A stretch of DNA of 64,000 bases from Halothiobacillus sp. 15-55-196 (GTDB taxonomy: Bacteria > Pseudomonadota > Gammaproteobacteria > Halothiobacillales > Halothiobacillaceae). The notes under the pieces are model-generated. The model saw nothing but the letters and a program-made list of their open reading frames with translations. It was not told the DNA's origin and made no database searches. The DNA is taken from assembly GCF_002282715.1 (NCBI RefSeq), contig NZ_NCKC01000008.1, positions 15,992 through 79,991 on the forward strand, written 5' to 3'. The first letter of the stretch is position 1, and every line of letters begins with the position of its first letter. The translations under genes were made by a program, and so were the position numbers. Shown one piece after another: positions 42,358-52,893 of the stretch.

Positions 42358-44142
42358 TTAACTGCGTGGTTTCGAGCGACGGGGTTTGCCACCAAAGGAA
42401 TCACCACTACTACGAGGACCGAATTTGCGCGGGCCGGCCGGTGGGCGGCGGTTGCCACCACGCTCGCCTTCGCTATCACTGGGGCCGGCTTCGCTGATGT
42501 CGAGCGGTACGCCCAAAACGTGCAAGCGCTTGAGCTGCGTGAACACTTCGTTCGGCATGCCTTCGGGCAAGTCTACGGTGCTGTGGCTGTCGAAGATGCG
42601 GATCGCGCCGATGTATTTGCTGTCAATGCCCGCTTCGTTGGCCAGTGCGCCGACGATGTTTTTCGGCTGGACGCCGTGCTCGTGGCCGATCTCGATCCGG
42701 TACTTGATGCGCGCCATGTCATCGTTCTGACGAGGACGACGGGGCTCGTCGCGACGGTCCTGATCCCGACCTTGAGCGCGATCTTGGCGGTCACCAAAGC
42801 TGACCTGCGCCGATTCCTTGATTTCGGCCGGCAGCAGCGGGCGATCCTTCTGCGCCAAATAGGCGAGTGCCGCTGCGATTTCCGGCAAGCCGACGTCGTG
42901 CTCGGACTGGTATTCCTCAATCAATGTTTCAAAGAAAGACAGATCTTCCGATTCCATCGCTTCGCTGATCTGATTCTTGAACGCGGCAGAACGTTTGTCT
43001 GCGATATCGCTCTGGCTCGGCAGACGCATGGGCGTGATCAACTGGCCTGTGGCGCGTTCGATGGCGCCCAGCATGCGTTTTTCGCGCGGGGCGACAAACA
43101 GGATGGCTTCACCCGAGCGACCGGCACGACCGGTACGACCGATGCGGTGCACATAGGATTCGGTGTCCAGCGGAATATCGTAGTTGATCACGTGGCTGAC
43201 CCGCGGCACATCGATACCCCGAGCGGCCACGTCGGTCGCGATGATGATATCGAGTGATCCGCGCTTGAGGCGATCGATTGCCTTTTCACGCATGGCCTGA
43301 TTCATGTCGCCATTCAGAGGCGAGGCGGCGTAGCCACGCGCTTCCAGTTTTTCGGCCAGTTCGGTGGTGGCCACTTTGGTACGCACGAAAATGATCACCG
43401 CGTCAAACTCTTCGACTTCCAGGATACGGGTGAGCGCATCGAGTTTGTGCATGCCGCTGACGGCCCAGTAGCGCTGGTTGATGGCCTTGACGGTCGAGGT
43501 GCTGGACTTGATTGCAATCTCGACCGGGTTGCGCAGGTGACGCTGGGCAATGCGGCGAATCTGATCGGGCATGGTGGCGGAGAACAGCGCGACCTGACGG
43601 TTTGCCGGGGTCTTGCTTAAGATTTCGTCCACGTCATCGATAAAGCCCATGCGGAGCATTTCATCGGCTTCATCAAGTACAACGGCCTGGATTTGATTGA
43701 GTTTCAGGGTGCCGCGCTTGATGTGATCCTGTATGCGCCCGGGTGTGCCGACCACAACGTGTACGCCACGTTTCAGGCCGCGCAGTTGGGGTTCCATTGC
43801 CTGTCCGCCATAGACGGGCAGTACATGGAAGTCAGGTAGGTGGCGGGCGTAGGCCTGCATGGCTTCGGCGACCTGGATTGCCAGTTCACGTGTTGGCGCC
43901 AGTACCAGCAGTTGGGGTGCACGCAGGCTGATGTCGATCCGGCTCAGCAAAGGCAGGGCGAACGCCCCGGTCTTGCCGGTGCCGGTTTGCGCCATGCCCA
44001 GTACGTCTTTGCCTTCCAGCAGGACTGGGATGCTTTTGGCTTGGATGGGTGATGGGCTTTCGTAGCCCAGTTCTTCGACCGATCGCAGCAGGGGTGCGGC
44101 GAGGGCGAAATCGGAAAATAGAATGGTGTTTTCTTCAGACAT
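42358..44142 (-). CDS. deaD: DEAD-box ATP-dependent RNA helicase (DeaD/CsdA type)
   Basis: AQTGTGKT, VLDEADEML, SAT and HRIGRTGRAG. It also has a C-terminal DbpA-like RNA-binding region and an Arg/Gly-rich tail. Confidence 0.93.
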   Translation of the reverse strand: MSEENTILFSDFALAAPLLRSVEELGYESPSPIQAKSIPVLLEGKDVLGMAQTGTGKTGAFALPLLSRIDISLRAPQLLVLAPTRELAIQVAEAMQAYARHLPDFHVLPVYGGQAMEPQLRGLKRGVHVVVGTPGRIQDHIKRGTLKLNQIQAVVLDEADEMLRMGFIDDVDEILSKTPANRQVALFSATMPDQIRRIAQRHLRNPVEIAIKSSTSTVKAINQRYWAVSGMHKLDALTRILEVEEFDAVIIFVRTKVATTELAEKLEARGYAASPLNGDMNQAMREKAIDRLKRGSLDIIIATDVAARGIDVPRVSHVINYDIPLDTESYVHRIGRTGRAGRSGEAILFVAPREKRMLGAIERATGQLITPMRLPSQSDIADKRSAAFKNQISEAMESEDLSFFETLIEEYQSEHDVGLPEIAAALAYLAQKDRPLLPAEIKESAQVSFGDRQDRAQGRDQDRRDEPRRPRQNDDMARIKYRIEIGHEHGVQPKNIVGALANEAGIDSKYIGAIRIFDSHSTVDLPEGMPNEVFTQLKRLHVLGVPLDISEAGPSDSEGERGGNRRPPAGPRKFGPRSSGDSFGGKPRRSKPRS

Positions 44143-44400
44143 GAGTATTTCAAGGCTCTTCTAGGGGGGATGTCGTCCGAATTGGACGAACAGAAAAGGC
44201 GCGACATGTGCGCGTTGGAATGTCGCGCTTATCGAGCCGTGATGGAATTTCGGCGCATATTACCTGAAAACGAGCGGTTTGTCTTTAAGGAAACGCTGAA
44301 ATATTCGGCGTTTCCTGTTTCGGGCAAGGATGCCTGGACGCAAACAATAGTGTAAGTCATTAATTTGCTGAGGCCACCGCGAATTCATTTCGCGGTGCTC
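44143..44400 (-). promoter_or_regulatory. long, highly structured upstream leader/promoter region of deaD
   Basis: Three perfect stem-loops are present. The first is 44173..44189 (TCGTCC/GGACGA), the second 44199..44228 (GCGCGACAT/ATGTCGCGC) and the third 44375..44397 (CACCGCGAA/TTCGCGGTG). No convincing ORF is present. Confidence 0.45.
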
Positions 44401-44470
44401 TCGAAAGCTGAAGTCCGCAGGACCTTCTGGTATGGACGCCAGAAGAGCTTGAGAGGAGGGATTAGCCGAT

Positions 44471-44500
44471 CTGAAAAAATCTATGGATGGATTTTTTCAG
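44471..44500 (-). terminator. 11-bp perfect AT-rich hairpin just downstream of the GT4 gene
   Basis: CTGAAAAAATC / GATTTTTTCAG with an 8-nt loop, 27 nt beyond the stop at 44527. Confidence 0.45.
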
Positions 44501-44526
44501 CATTCAATTATTTTCTTTTGCTTATA

Positions 44527-45714
44527 TCAAGAGGTTGTATGACTGGCGCGTTGTTGCCGGCACATTTCCAATAGCTGTTGTGCTTTTTGGGCGGCGGTCC
44601 AGGTTTCTGCATAGCGCGGAGCCTGATCGACCAATTGCTGGTAGCGATCGGGTTGATTCAGGGTTTGATTGACGGCCTCGGCGAATCCGGATGGATCATC
44701 CGGTGCAATCACGCAGCCGCCGTCGGGATTCAGTACATCCAGTGTGCCCATGGCCCCCAGCGCGACAACCGGCGTGCCGAGCGCCAGTGCTTCCAGCAGA
44801 ACCAGTCCCTGGGTTTCGGTTCGGGAGGCGAACACGAACAGATCGGCGGCGCGATAGGCATCCTGCAAGGCGCCATCCCGCCGCATGTAGCCCACGAATT
44901 TGACAGAAGCCTGTAATCCCATAGCCGCAACTTTGCGTTGAAGATGGGATTCTGCCGGCCCTTCGCCGGCGATGACCAGGATGGCTTCGGGGGTTTCTTT
45001 CAGGACGAAGGGCATCATGTCCAACAGGAAATCGATATTTTTTTCCAGCGCGACCCGGCCGACATACAAAAGAATTGGCTGGTCGTCTCTGATCGATAGT
45101 TTTGCCCGGAAGTCCGATGTCGGCGGTGTGCGGAATGTGTCGAGGTTGAGCCCGGTCGGGATAATGTGCATCCCGGTGCGCACACCATAGGTTTGCAGGG
45201 CATCGCGCATGGGTGAGGAGGGCACGACGAGGGCATCGACGGCATTGCACTGGCTTTTCGAGAAAAAACGCGCTGCCCATTTGAGCCAGTTTCTGGGTGC
45301 CCAGCGCACGTAGTTATAGAGATATTCCTCGAAGAAGGTGTGATAGCTCTCGACGACCGGAATAGCCAGTTTGCGTGCCAGTTTTACCCCCGCGTAATGG
45401 GCCACGAAGGGTGTGTGTATATGGATCAGATCTATCGTTCGTCCCCGCAGGATCGGTAACAGGTTGATGATGGTGCCGTAACTCATCATCCGGTCCTCAG
45501 GGTCGAGCAGCACCTTACGCGAAGGCAGGCGCAAAATATCTTCATCATCGTGTTGATCTTTGGCGCGTTCGAGTGTGATTGACTCGGGGTAGTCCGGGCA
45601 GATCAGGGTGACCCGATGCCCCGAGGCGATCAATTCGCTGCGAAAGCTCTGGATGGAGGTCGATACGCCGTTGATTCTCGGGAAGTACACATCGGAGATC
45701 ATTAGAATATGCAC
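44527..45714 (-). CDS. family 4 (GT-B) glycosyltransferase
   Basis: N-terminus ISDVYFPRINGVSTSI and C-terminal TETQGLVLLEALALGTPVVA (the E-x7-E motif of GT4 enzymes). Confidence 0.85.
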   Translation of the reverse strand: MHILMISDVYFPRINGVSTSIQSFRSELIASGHRVTLICPDYPESITLERAKDQHDDEDILRLPSRKVLLDPEDRMMSYGTIINLLPILRGRTIDLIHIHTPFVAHYAGVKLARKLAIPVVESYHTFFEEYLYNYVRWAPRNWLKWAARFFSKSQCNAVDALVVPSSPMRDALQTYGVRTGMHIIPTGLNLDTFRTPPTSDFRAKLSIRDDQPILLYVGRVALEKNIDFLLDMMPFVLKETPEAILVIAGEGPAESHLQRKVAAMGLQASVKFVGYMRRDGALQDAYRAADLFVFASRTETQGLVLLEALALGTPVVALGAMGTLDVLNPDGGCVIAPDDPSGFAEAVNQTLNQPDRYQQLVDQAPRYAETWTAAQKAQQLLEMCRQQRASHTTS

Positions 45715-45885
45715 GGATGACAGCTCAATATTTATGAAGAATGAAACAGGTTGTCGACTTTATATGACAAATTCGTGATTTAACCCATGAGACATCACTC
45801 AGTGGTCAGAATCTGGCGATGATTTTGACTGTGATAGCATGGCGCGCAGTTTTTTCGTAAAAAATGATGATCGTGGGGAATCAGC

Positions 45886-46806
45886 ATGATTGCAGGTGTT
45901 TTTCCGGGGCAGGGTTCTCAGTCCATTGGCATGAGTAGCGGCTGGGGGGCGCATCAGGCTCTGGCCGAGGCCGTCTACCGCGAAGCCGGCGACGTGCTGG
46001 GTTTTGATTTGTGGGCCTTGGTGGCGAATGGGGATGTGCAGGAACTCAACCGCACAGAAATCACCCAGCCGGCCATGTTGGCTGCCGATGTGGCGGCTTG
46101 GCGCATTTATCTGGCCGCAGGCGGGCACAGGCCGATTGCATTGGCCGGGCACAGTCTGGGCGAGTATGCCGCGCTCGTGGCAGCAGAAAGTATCGAATTT
46201 GCCGATGCGGTGGCCCTCGTTTTCGAACGGGGACGTCTGATGCAGGCCGCCGTTGCACCCGGCGCTGGCGCCATGGCGGCGCTGTTGGGTCTGACCGATG
46301 AAGCGGTTTTGAGCGTTTGTGCCGAGGCTGCACAAGGGCAGGTTTGCGAAGCGGTGAACTTCAACTCGCCCGGGCAGGTGGTCATCGCCGGTGATGCGAG
46401 TGCCGTGGCGCGTGCCGAGGGATTGGCCAAGGCGGCCGGTGCCAAGCGCTTTGTGCCGCTGCCGGTCAGTGTGCCTTCCCATTCGAGTCTGATGATTGAC
46501 GCCGCCCGCGAATTGGATGCCTATCTGGCCAAGGTTACGATCAAACCGCCCGAGCTTCCCGTCCTGCATAATGTTGATGCGCAAACCCACGACGACGCGG
46601 TTGCCATCCGTCATGCATTGGTTGAGCAATTGTACCGTCCGGTACTGTGGGTGGCTTGTGTGCAGGCCCTGCATGGTCGCGGCTGCAACCGTCAGTTTGA
46701 ATTTGGCCCCGGTAAGGTGCTGACTGGTCTGGCAAAGCGGATTGAAAAAGGGGTGACTGGCAACGCCGTATTCGATGAAGCCAGTCTGTCTGCGGTTATT
46801 TCCTGA
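45886..46806 (+). CDS. fabD: malonyl-CoA-ACP transacylase
   Basis: FPGQGSQ, plus the active-site GHSLGEYAALV. Confidence 0.95.
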   Translation: MIAGVFPGQGSQSIGMSSGWGAHQALAEAVYREAGDVLGFDLWALVANGDVQELNRTEITQPAMLAADVAAWRIYLAAGGHRPIALAGHSLGEYAALVAAESIEFADAVALVFERGRLMQAAVAPGAGAMAALLGLTDEAVLSVCAEAAQGQVCEAVNFNSPGQVVIAGDASAVARAEGLAKAAGAKRFVPLPVSVPSHSSLMIDAARELDAYLAKVTIKPPELPVLHNVDAQTHDDAVAIRHALVEQLYRPVLWVACVQALHGRGCNRQFEFGPGKVLTGLAKRIEKGVTGNAVFDEASLSAVIS

Positions 46807-46859
46807 CCCCCCACGTTCGCTGATCACTTATTCGAGAGCCATTTCAAGAGGAATGAAAG

Positions 46860-47624
46860 ATGAGTAATGAAACAAAAGGCCAGATTAATGGTTTGAATGG
46901 CAAGGTCGCGTTGGTGACCGGTGCATCCCGCGGCATTGGTGCGGCCATCGCCGAGCAGCTCGCGCAAGCAGGCGCGGTGGTGATCGGTACGGCAACCTCC
47001 GATTCGGGTGCGGCGGCCATCAACGAGCGCCTGGCACCGCTGGGCGGCGCGGGGATGCGTCTCGATGTGACCGATAGCGTGCAAATTGATGCCGTTCTTG
47101 CCGAGATCGAGGCCCGTTTCGGCGCCGTGGCCGTGCTGGTCAACAACGCAGGCATCACTCGAGACACCCTGCTCATGCGTATGAAGGAAGATGACTGGTC
47201 CGCCATTATCGACACCAATCTCACTTCCGTTTTCCGTCTGTCGCAAAAGGTCTTACGCGGCATGACCCGCGCACGCTGGGGCCGGATCATCTCGATTGCC
47301 TCGGTGGTCGGCTCCATGGGGAATGCAGGACAAACCAATTACGCAGCCGCCAAAGCCGGTCTGATGGGCTTTACCAAATCCTTGGCCCGTGAAGTGGGGG
47401 CGCGGAACATCACGGTCAACGTGGTGGCACCCGGGTTCATCGATACCGACATGACGCGCGATCTGCCCGAGGCGCACAAGACGGCATTGTTGGCGAATGT
47501 GCCTCTGGGTCGGCTGGGCGATCCGGCGGAAATCGCCGGTTGTGTTCGCTTTTTGGCGAGCGACGATGCCGCTTATGTGACGGGGCACACCCTGCATGTC
47601 AATGGCGGTATGTACATGAGCTGA
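46860..47624 (+). CDS. fabG: 3-oxoacyl-ACP reductase
   Basis: TGASRGIGAAIA, NNAG and YAAAKAG (SDR catalytic Y-x3-K). Confidence 0.95.
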   Translation: MSNETKGQINGLNGKVALVTGASRGIGAAIAEQLAQAGAVVIGTATSDSGAAAINERLAPLGGAGMRLDVTDSVQIDAVLAEIEARFGAVAVLVNNAGITRDTLLMRMKEDDWSAIIDTNLTSVFRLSQKVLRGMTRARWGRIISIASVVGSMGNAGQTNYAAAKAGLMGFTKSLAREVGARNITVNVVAPGFIDTDMTRDLPEAHKTALLANVPLGRLGDPAEIAGCVRFLASDDAAYVTGHTLHVNGGMYMS

Positions 47625-47712
47625 TTATCTTTAACCTTTATAATCATATTGTTACATGGTTGTTCTTTGAATTTTGATCAGGTGGCCCGAGTGCGTTGAA
47701 GTGATATTTATT

Positions 47713-47740
47713 TTGCGGTTTGGCCGGTTTTAACTAGAAT
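47713..47740 (+). promoter_or_regulatory. candidate sigma-70 promoter for acpP
   Basis: TTGCGG - 16 nt - TAGAAT, about 60 nt upstream of the acpP ATG. By-eye match only. Confidence 0.4.
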
Positions 47741-47800
47741 GCCTGCCATCTCGGGCAAGCGCCCTTGAACCCATTTGTCTTAAATCGAGGTTGAATCGTT

Positions 47801-48040
47801 ATGAGCACCGTTGACGAACGCGTGAAGAAGATTGTTGTAGAACAGCTGGGCGTTAAGGAAGAAGAAGTCACCAATGAGGCTTCATTCGTTGATGATCTGG
47901 GCGCTGATTCTCTCGACACCGTCGAGTTGGTGATGGCTTTGGAAGAGGAATTCGAGTGCGAAATTCCTGACGAAGAAGCTGAAAAAATCACAACCGTACA
48001 GTTGGCCATTGATTACATCAACGCCCACAAAGACGCATAA
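47801..48040 (+). CDS. acpP: acyl carrier protein
   Basis: Phosphopantetheine site [19 protein letters not shown]. Confidence 0.97.
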   Translation: MSTVDERVKKIVVEQLGVKEEEVTNEASFVDDLGADSLDTVELVMALEEEFECEIPDEEAEKITTVQLAIDYINAHKDA

Positions 48041-48090
48041 CTCGCGGCCCCGGGTATGCCCCGGGGTCTGGGTGGTTGATTGAACAAAAG

Positions 48091-48124
48091 GCCGCGCCCT
48101 GGGTTATCCCGGCGCGGTTTTTTC
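48091..48124 (+). terminator. rho-independent terminator/attenuator after acpP
   Basis: CCGCGCC...GGCGCGG stem followed by TTTTTT. A second GC-rich hairpin lies at about 48047..48069. Confidence 0.7.
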
Positions 48125-48157
48125 ATATGAAAAAAGAAAAGATATGGATCTGAACGC

Positions 48158-49399
48158 ATGAGCAAGCAACGTGTGGTGGTGACGGGGTTGGGGGCGTTGA
48201 CCCCTCTGGGTAATACGGTGGCATCCAGCTGGGCTGGCATTCTTGCAGGCCGCTCGGGGGTTCGCCGGATCGACCGTTTCGATGTCAGTGCGATGGCTTC
48301 GCAAATCGCAGGCACGTTACGCGATTTCGATGCAGCCCAGTTCATTCCCACCAAAGAAATCAAGAAAATGGAGCCATTTATCCATTACGGGATCGCGGCT
48401 GCAATCGAAGCGATCGAAGATGCCGGTCTGATCAGTGACACATTGAACTACGATCGTGTCGGTACATTGATCGGTTCTGGAATTGGTGGGCTTGAGGGTA
48501 TCGAACGCAACACCATGACACTGGCGCATCAAGGCGCGCGCCGCGTGTCGCCATTCTTCGTACCCGGTGCGATCGTGAATATGGTATCCGGTCAACTATC
48601 GATCCGCTACGGCTTCCGCGGGCCTAATCTGGCCACAGTGACCGCCTGCGCGGCGGGTACGCACAGCATCGGTCAGGCGGCACGCTTGATTGCCTATGGC
48701 GATGCGGATGTGATGATTGCTGGCGGCTCCGAAGGTGCGGTCTCGCCACTGGGCGTAGCCGGTTTCTCCGCGGCGCGTGCGTTGTCGACCCGTAACGATG
48801 ATCCTGAACATGCCTCGCGGCCTTGGGATAAAGACCGTGATGGGTTTGTGCTCGGCGAAGGGGCGGGGGTGCTTGTGCTCGAATCGTATGAGCATGCCAA
48901 AGCGCGCGGCGCAAACGTTTACGGAGAATTGATCGGTTTTGGCATGAGCGCCGACGCTTATCATATGACCGCGCCTTCCGCAGATGGCGACGGTGCGCGC
49001 CGTTGTATGCTGGCGGCCATGCAGGATGCCAGGGTCAATCCGGAAGACATTGGCTACGTGAACGCCCACGGCACCTCGACACAGGCAGGCGATCTGGCCG
49101 AGGTGGCGGCCTTGCACGCAGCCTTCGGCGAACATGCCAAGCATTGCCCGGTCAGCTCCACCAAATCCATGACCGGCCATCTGTTGGGTGCCGCCGGGGG
49201 CATCGAGGCGGTGTTTTCCCTGTTGGCCCTGCGTGATCAGGTTTTGCCGCCGACGATCAACCTCTTTGAGCCTTCCGAAGGCTGCGATCTGGATTTCGTG
49301 CCGCATACTGCGCGCGAGGTACGCAGTCTTGATGTGGCCATGTCCAATTCCTTCGGTTTCGGCGGTACCAATGGCACGCTGATTTTCCGGCGCTTATGA
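48158..49399 (+). CDS. fabF: 3-oxoacyl-ACP synthase II
   Basis: Active-site Cys in TVTACAAG, plus HGTSTQAGD and GHLLGAAG. Confidence 0.95.
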   Translation: MSKQRVVVTGLGALTPLGNTVASSWAGILAGRSGVRRIDRFDVSAMASQIAGTLRDFDAAQFIPTKEIKKMEPFIHYGIAAAIEAIEDAGLISDTLNYDRVGTLIGSGIGGLEGIERNTMTLAHQGARRVSPFFVPGAIVNMVSGQLSIRYGFRGPNLATVTACAAGTHSIGQAARLIAYGDADVMIAGGSEGAVSPLGVAGFSAARALSTRNDDPEHASRPWDKDRDGFVLGEGAGVLVLESYEHAKARGANVYGELIGFGMSADAYHMTAPSADGDGARRCMLAAMQDARVNPEDIGYVNAHGTSTQAGDLAEVAALHAAFGEHAKHCPVSSTKSMTGHLLGAAGGIEAVFSLLALRDQVLPPTINLFEPSEGCDLDFVPHTAREVRSLDVAMSNSFGFGGTNGTLIFRRL

Positions 49400-49426
49400 T
49401 TGGCGTGAATCGGTTTTGTCTTTTGT

Positions 49427-50890
49427 ATGTCCAGTAAAGCGCCTTCTGTAAGGACGTGTTCACCAGTCATCGAACCAATTGAAGGCATTACGGCGGCTGA
49501 TTTTCCGGATCTGCTTGCACAGATGTCCGATCAGTTTTCGCATTTGTTTGCCAGCCTGGCATCGGGCGCAGCGAGCGAGTCAGGGCAGAACAATGCCCGC
49601 TGGTCCATCCTGTTCGGCACGGCGCGCGCCGAATTGCGTCTGGATGCGCAGGGCATACTGCACGCCACCGGCTTGCCGCAATCGTTGACCGCAGAATCTA
49701 ATTTCTTATCTGCCTTTGCCAAGGCGGTGGCAACTTTTGCAAGGACACCGGCTAGCTTTTCGACCGAATTGCCCTTTGTCGGTGGTTGGAGTTTTTATCT
49801 TTCCTATGAACTGGCCGGGCAAATCGAACCGAGCCTTGATCTGCCTCGGTTTACGCCTGCCGATCGGGTCGGTTTTCCAGTTGCCGTGGCGCAATATCAT
49901 GCCAGCGCACTGGTATTCGATCATCTGCATCACAAAACCTGGTTGGTTCACGACGGGCAATCGCCTGTTGATGCCGAATCCCTGTGCTCATTCCTGGCTG
50001 CGTTCAGCGCCACGCCTCAGGCCGACTCGGCCTTGGAGATTCAAGCTTTGCGGGCAGATGATCCGGCGCGTTATCGGTCGGGTGTGCGGAAGATTCTGGC
50101 GTATCTGCGTGCCGGTGATGTCTTCCAGGCCAATCTATCGCGCGCCTGGCGATTCCGCGCGCCTCAAGCCGATGCCGGGCTGCGTATCTTCCGCCGTTTG
50201 GAACAGCATAATCCCGCACCGTTTGCAGCGTGGTATCGTCTGCCCGAGGGTGAAATCATCAGCTCATCGCCCGAGCGTCTGGTCGATCATCGTGGTGGCC
50301 ATGTCTCGACGCGTCCGATTGCCGGCACGCGCCGTCGGGATGCTGACAGCCTGCGTGATGCGGTGCTGATGGCCGAGTTGCGCGCCCACCCCAAGGAGCG
50401 CGCCGAGCACGTGATGCTGATCGATCTGGAACGTAACGATCTTGGCCGCGTGTGCCAGCCGGGTAGTGTTCGCGTGGATGAATTGATGGTGCTGGAGTCT
50501 TTTGCGCACGTGCATCATCTGGTTTCTAATGTATCTGGACAGTTGCGTCCTGATCAAACGGTATTCGATCTGTTGGCCGCCGTATTTCCGGGCGGCACGA
50601 TCACCGGTTGCCCAAAGGTGCGTTGCATGGAAATTCTGGCGGAGCTGGAGCAGACCGGCCGTGGCCCCTACACGGGGAGTGTCGGCTATTTGAGTCTGGA
50701 TGGTCGGATGGACAGCAACATTCTGATTCGAACCGTATTTCTGGCGAAGGACGGCCAGGGCGAATTTCGAACCGGCGCTGGCATTGTGGCCGATAGCGAG
50801 CCCGAACGTGAATGCACGGAAACCGAAGAGAAAGCCCGCGGTCTGTTGCTGGCGCTGACTGGCGCCCACAATACTGATCAATTGCCGTGA
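49427..50890 (+). CDS. pabB: aminodeoxychorismate synthase component I
   Basis: Chorismate-binding domain with SSPERLV, IAGTRRR, MLIDLERNDLGRV, GGTITGCPKVRCMEI and PYTGSVGY. Confidence 0.88.
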   Translation: MSSKAPSVRTCSPVIEPIEGITAADFPDLLAQMSDQFSHLFASLASGAASESGQNNARWSILFGTARAELRLDAQGILHATGLPQSLTAESNFLSAFAKAVATFARTPASFSTELPFVGGWSFYLSYELAGQIEPSLDLPRFTPADRVGFPVAVAQYHASALVFDHLHHKTWLVHDGQSPVDAESLCSFLAAFSATPQADSALEIQALRADDPARYRSGVRKILAYLRAGDVFQANLSRAWRFRAPQADAGLRIFRRLEQHNPAPFAAWYRLPEGEIISSSPERLVDHRGGHVSTRPIAGTRRRDADSLRDAVLMAELRAHPKERAEHVMLIDLERNDLGRVCQPGSVRVDELMVLESFAHVHHLVSNVSGQLRPDQTVFDLLAAVFPGGTITGCPKVRCMEILAELEQTGRGPYTGSVGYLSLDGRMDSNILIRTVFLAKDGQGEFRTGAGIVADSEPERECTETEEKARGLLLALTGAHNTDQLP

Positions 50891-51792
50891 CACACTTTGC
50901 GCCCTTCACCATGCAGGATCGCGGTTTGGCCTACGGCGATGGTCTGTTTGAAACGATGCGGTTATCCCGTGGTCAGTTGTCCTGGTGGCCGGAGCACTTC
51001 GCCCGAATGAGTTACACCTGTTGCGTGCTGGGCTTGCCGATTCCTGATGAAATCGACGTGCGCGTTGCCATTGATTCGGCGGTTGCGCAGAGCGGCAAGT
51101 CGGAGGCCGTGGTAAAACTCATGTACACGGCAGGATCAGGACAGCGGGGCTATCTTCGTGCGGAACCGGTTGAGCCCACGCTGGCTGTTTTGATCGGTGA
51201 TGTGCCTGCGGCGGATTCGCAATGGTCGGTTCAGGGATTGAGCGTGGGTCTTTTAAAGCAATCCGGCGGTATCCCGATACCTGCACTCAGTGGACTCAAG
51301 CATCTCAATCGTCTGCCCCAGGTGCTGGCGCGCATGGCCTGGACGAAGGGAGTCGATGAGTGCCTGATCCAAGACGAGAATGGTCTGATCCTGGGCGGAA
51401 CGCAAAGCAATTTTTACTGGCTGGAAAATGGTCGCTGGTTTACGCCGCCGATTCAGGGTTCCGCCATTGCCGGGATCGTTCGTGCCTTGTTGTGTCGTTA
51501 TCTGGGCGTGACGATTGCACCCGTGTCCATAGGCCGCCTGGCTTTGGCGCAGGCCGCTGCGCTCAGCAATGCCGTCCGGGGTGTGCTGCCGATCGGTTGT
51601 CTGGCGGGGCGTGTGTTGTCTGTTGACCAATCAATGGAACTGGTGGCGCGTTGGCAACGCTTGTGCGATCTTCAGGCAAACGTGAGTGCTAAGCCGCTCG
51701 ATTCGGCCTGGTTCGCTTTGCAGCGTCAGGTAGCGGTTCTTGATAGCGGCAGCCAAGTGCGATGTCACAAAATGTTTGGTGAAAAAGGCTGA
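50887..51792 (+). CDS. pabC: aminodeoxychorismate lyase (fold-type IV PLP enzyme)
   Basis: The GTG start overlaps the pabB stop (alternative ATG at 50911). Contains GLAYGDGLFETMR and GLKHLNRL (PLP lysine). Confidence 0.85.
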   Translation: MTHFAPFTMQDRGLAYGDGLFETMRLSRGQLSWWPEHFARMSYTCCVLGLPIPDEIDVRVAIDSAVAQSGKSEAVVKLMYTAGSGQRGYLRAEPVEPTLAVLIGDVPAADSQWSVQGLSVGLLKQSGGIPIPALSGLKHLNRLPQVLARMAWTKGVDECLIQDENGLILGGTQSNFYWLENGRWFTPPIQGSAIAGIVRALLCRYLGVTIAPVSIGRLALAQAAALSNAVRGVLPIGCLAGRVLSVDQSMELVARWQRLCDLQANVSAKPLDSAWFALQRQVAVLDSGSQVRCHKMFGEKG

Positions 51793-51797
51793 ATACC

Positions 51798-52871
51798 ATG
51801 AATAGGGCGATCGGTTTTTTGTGGGTCTGGCTGTTCACGATGGGACTTTTGTTCGCCACCGTGTGGATGGTCGGCCGGGTTGGTGTTTTTCTCACCCAGC
51901 CCTTGCTGCCTGCTGGCGCAGCGGCGGTCACGATCGAAATCCCAGGTGGTGCGGACGCGCGGCAAATCGCCAAAATAGCTGATGCTTCCGGTGCCCGGGT
52001 CAATCCGACTGTATTCGCGTGGGCGGCTCAATTGAGTGGTAAAGCGCGCTCGATTCAGGCCGGTGAATACCGGATTACCGATCAGGATCGGTTGCTCGGT
52101 TTTCTCGATCGTTTGGTTGCGGGCGATGTGGTGCGTTACCGCATCACCATCCCCGAAGGGGATACCGCCCAGGATTTTCTGAACAAGCTCGCGGCGCAAA
52201 AAGAAATCAAACACACCCTGAACGGGCTGGATCAGGCTCAGATCATCGCGAAGATGCATTGGCCCATCACCCATCTTGAGGGCTGGCTGTTCCCCGATAC
52301 CTATGTATTCACACGCGGCACCACGGACAAAAAGATTCTGCAGGAAGCTTACCGCTCGATGCGGTCGCATCTGGACGCAGCATGGGCGGATCGTGCACCC
52401 GATCTCCCCTTGAAAACGCCCTACGATGCGTTGATTCTGGCTTCTATCGTGGAAAAGGAAACCGGTCTGCCTGATGAACGTGCCATGGTTGCGGGTGTGT
52501 TCATCAACCGATTGAACATCGGGATGCGGTTACAGACGGATCCGGCTGTCATTTACGGTGTGGCCGAGGCAACCCGGGGGCAAGTCGACGAGGACAGTTC
52601 GCCGCGAAGTCTGACGCTAAGCCAACTGCGCGCCGATACGCCGTACAATACCTACACCCGTACCGGATTGCCGCCGACGCCGATTGCCCTGCCGTCCGCA
52701 GCCGCATTGCAGGCTGTGACGCATCCCGATAAAACGGATGCCTTGTATTTTGTTGCCAATGGCACGGGTGGACATACCTTTTCGCGCACGTTGAAAGGCC
52801 ACAATCAAGCCGTGCAGACCTGGCGTAAAGTCGAAAATACGCGTGCATCCGAGCCGAAAAAAACCCAATGA
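51798..52871 (+). CDS. mltG: endolytic murein transglycosylase MltG (YceG family)
   Basis: An N-terminal TM helix, plus LILASIVEKETG, NRLNIGMRLQTDPAVIYG and YNTYTRTGLPPTPIA. Confidence 0.92.
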   Translation: MNRAIGFLWVWLFTMGLLFATVWMVGRVGVFLTQPLLPAGAAAVTIEIPGGADARQIAKIADASGARVNPTVFAWAAQLSGKARSIQAGEYRITDQDRLLGFLDRLVAGDVVRYRITIPEGDTAQDFLNKLAAQKEIKHTLNGLDQAQIIAKMHWPITHLEGWLFPDTYVFTRGTTDKKILQEAYRSMRSHLDAAWADRAPDLPLKTPYDALILASIVEKETGLPDERAMVAGVFINRLNIGMRLQTDPAVIYGVAEATRGQVDEDSSPRSLTLSQLRADTPYNTYTRTGLPPTPIALPSAAALQAVTHPDKTDALYFVANGTGGHTFSRTLKGHNQAVQTWRKVENTRASEPKKTQ

Positions 52872-52893
52872 ATCCACCAATGCCCGAGTATTC

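Noticed and set aside
44170-44355. 61-codon plus-strand ORF inside the deaD upstream region
   Set aside because: The G-run sits immediately against the ATG, leaving no spacing for a Shine-Dalgarno sequence. The ORF spans the hairpins and shows no recognisable domain, so it is probably fortuitous.
44143-44526. Whether the 384-bp gap encodes RNase P RNA, tmRNA or another large ncRNA
   Set aside because: I could not find the universal signatures: GAAAGTCC-type P4 elements for RNase P, or a tRNA-like acceptor end with TCCACCA and a tag reading frame for tmRNA. A structured mRNA leader is the simpler reading.
45799-46827. 342-codon antisense ORF opposite fabD, and similar long antisense ORFs at 5455..6138, 12556..13389, 16973..17869, 40226..40921, 42520..43257, 48596..49306 and 54902..55765
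   Set aside because: All of them mirror strongly supported genes on the other strand. They have low-complexity Arg/His/Gly-rich translations and no start-site signals, so they are typical GC-rich shadow frames.
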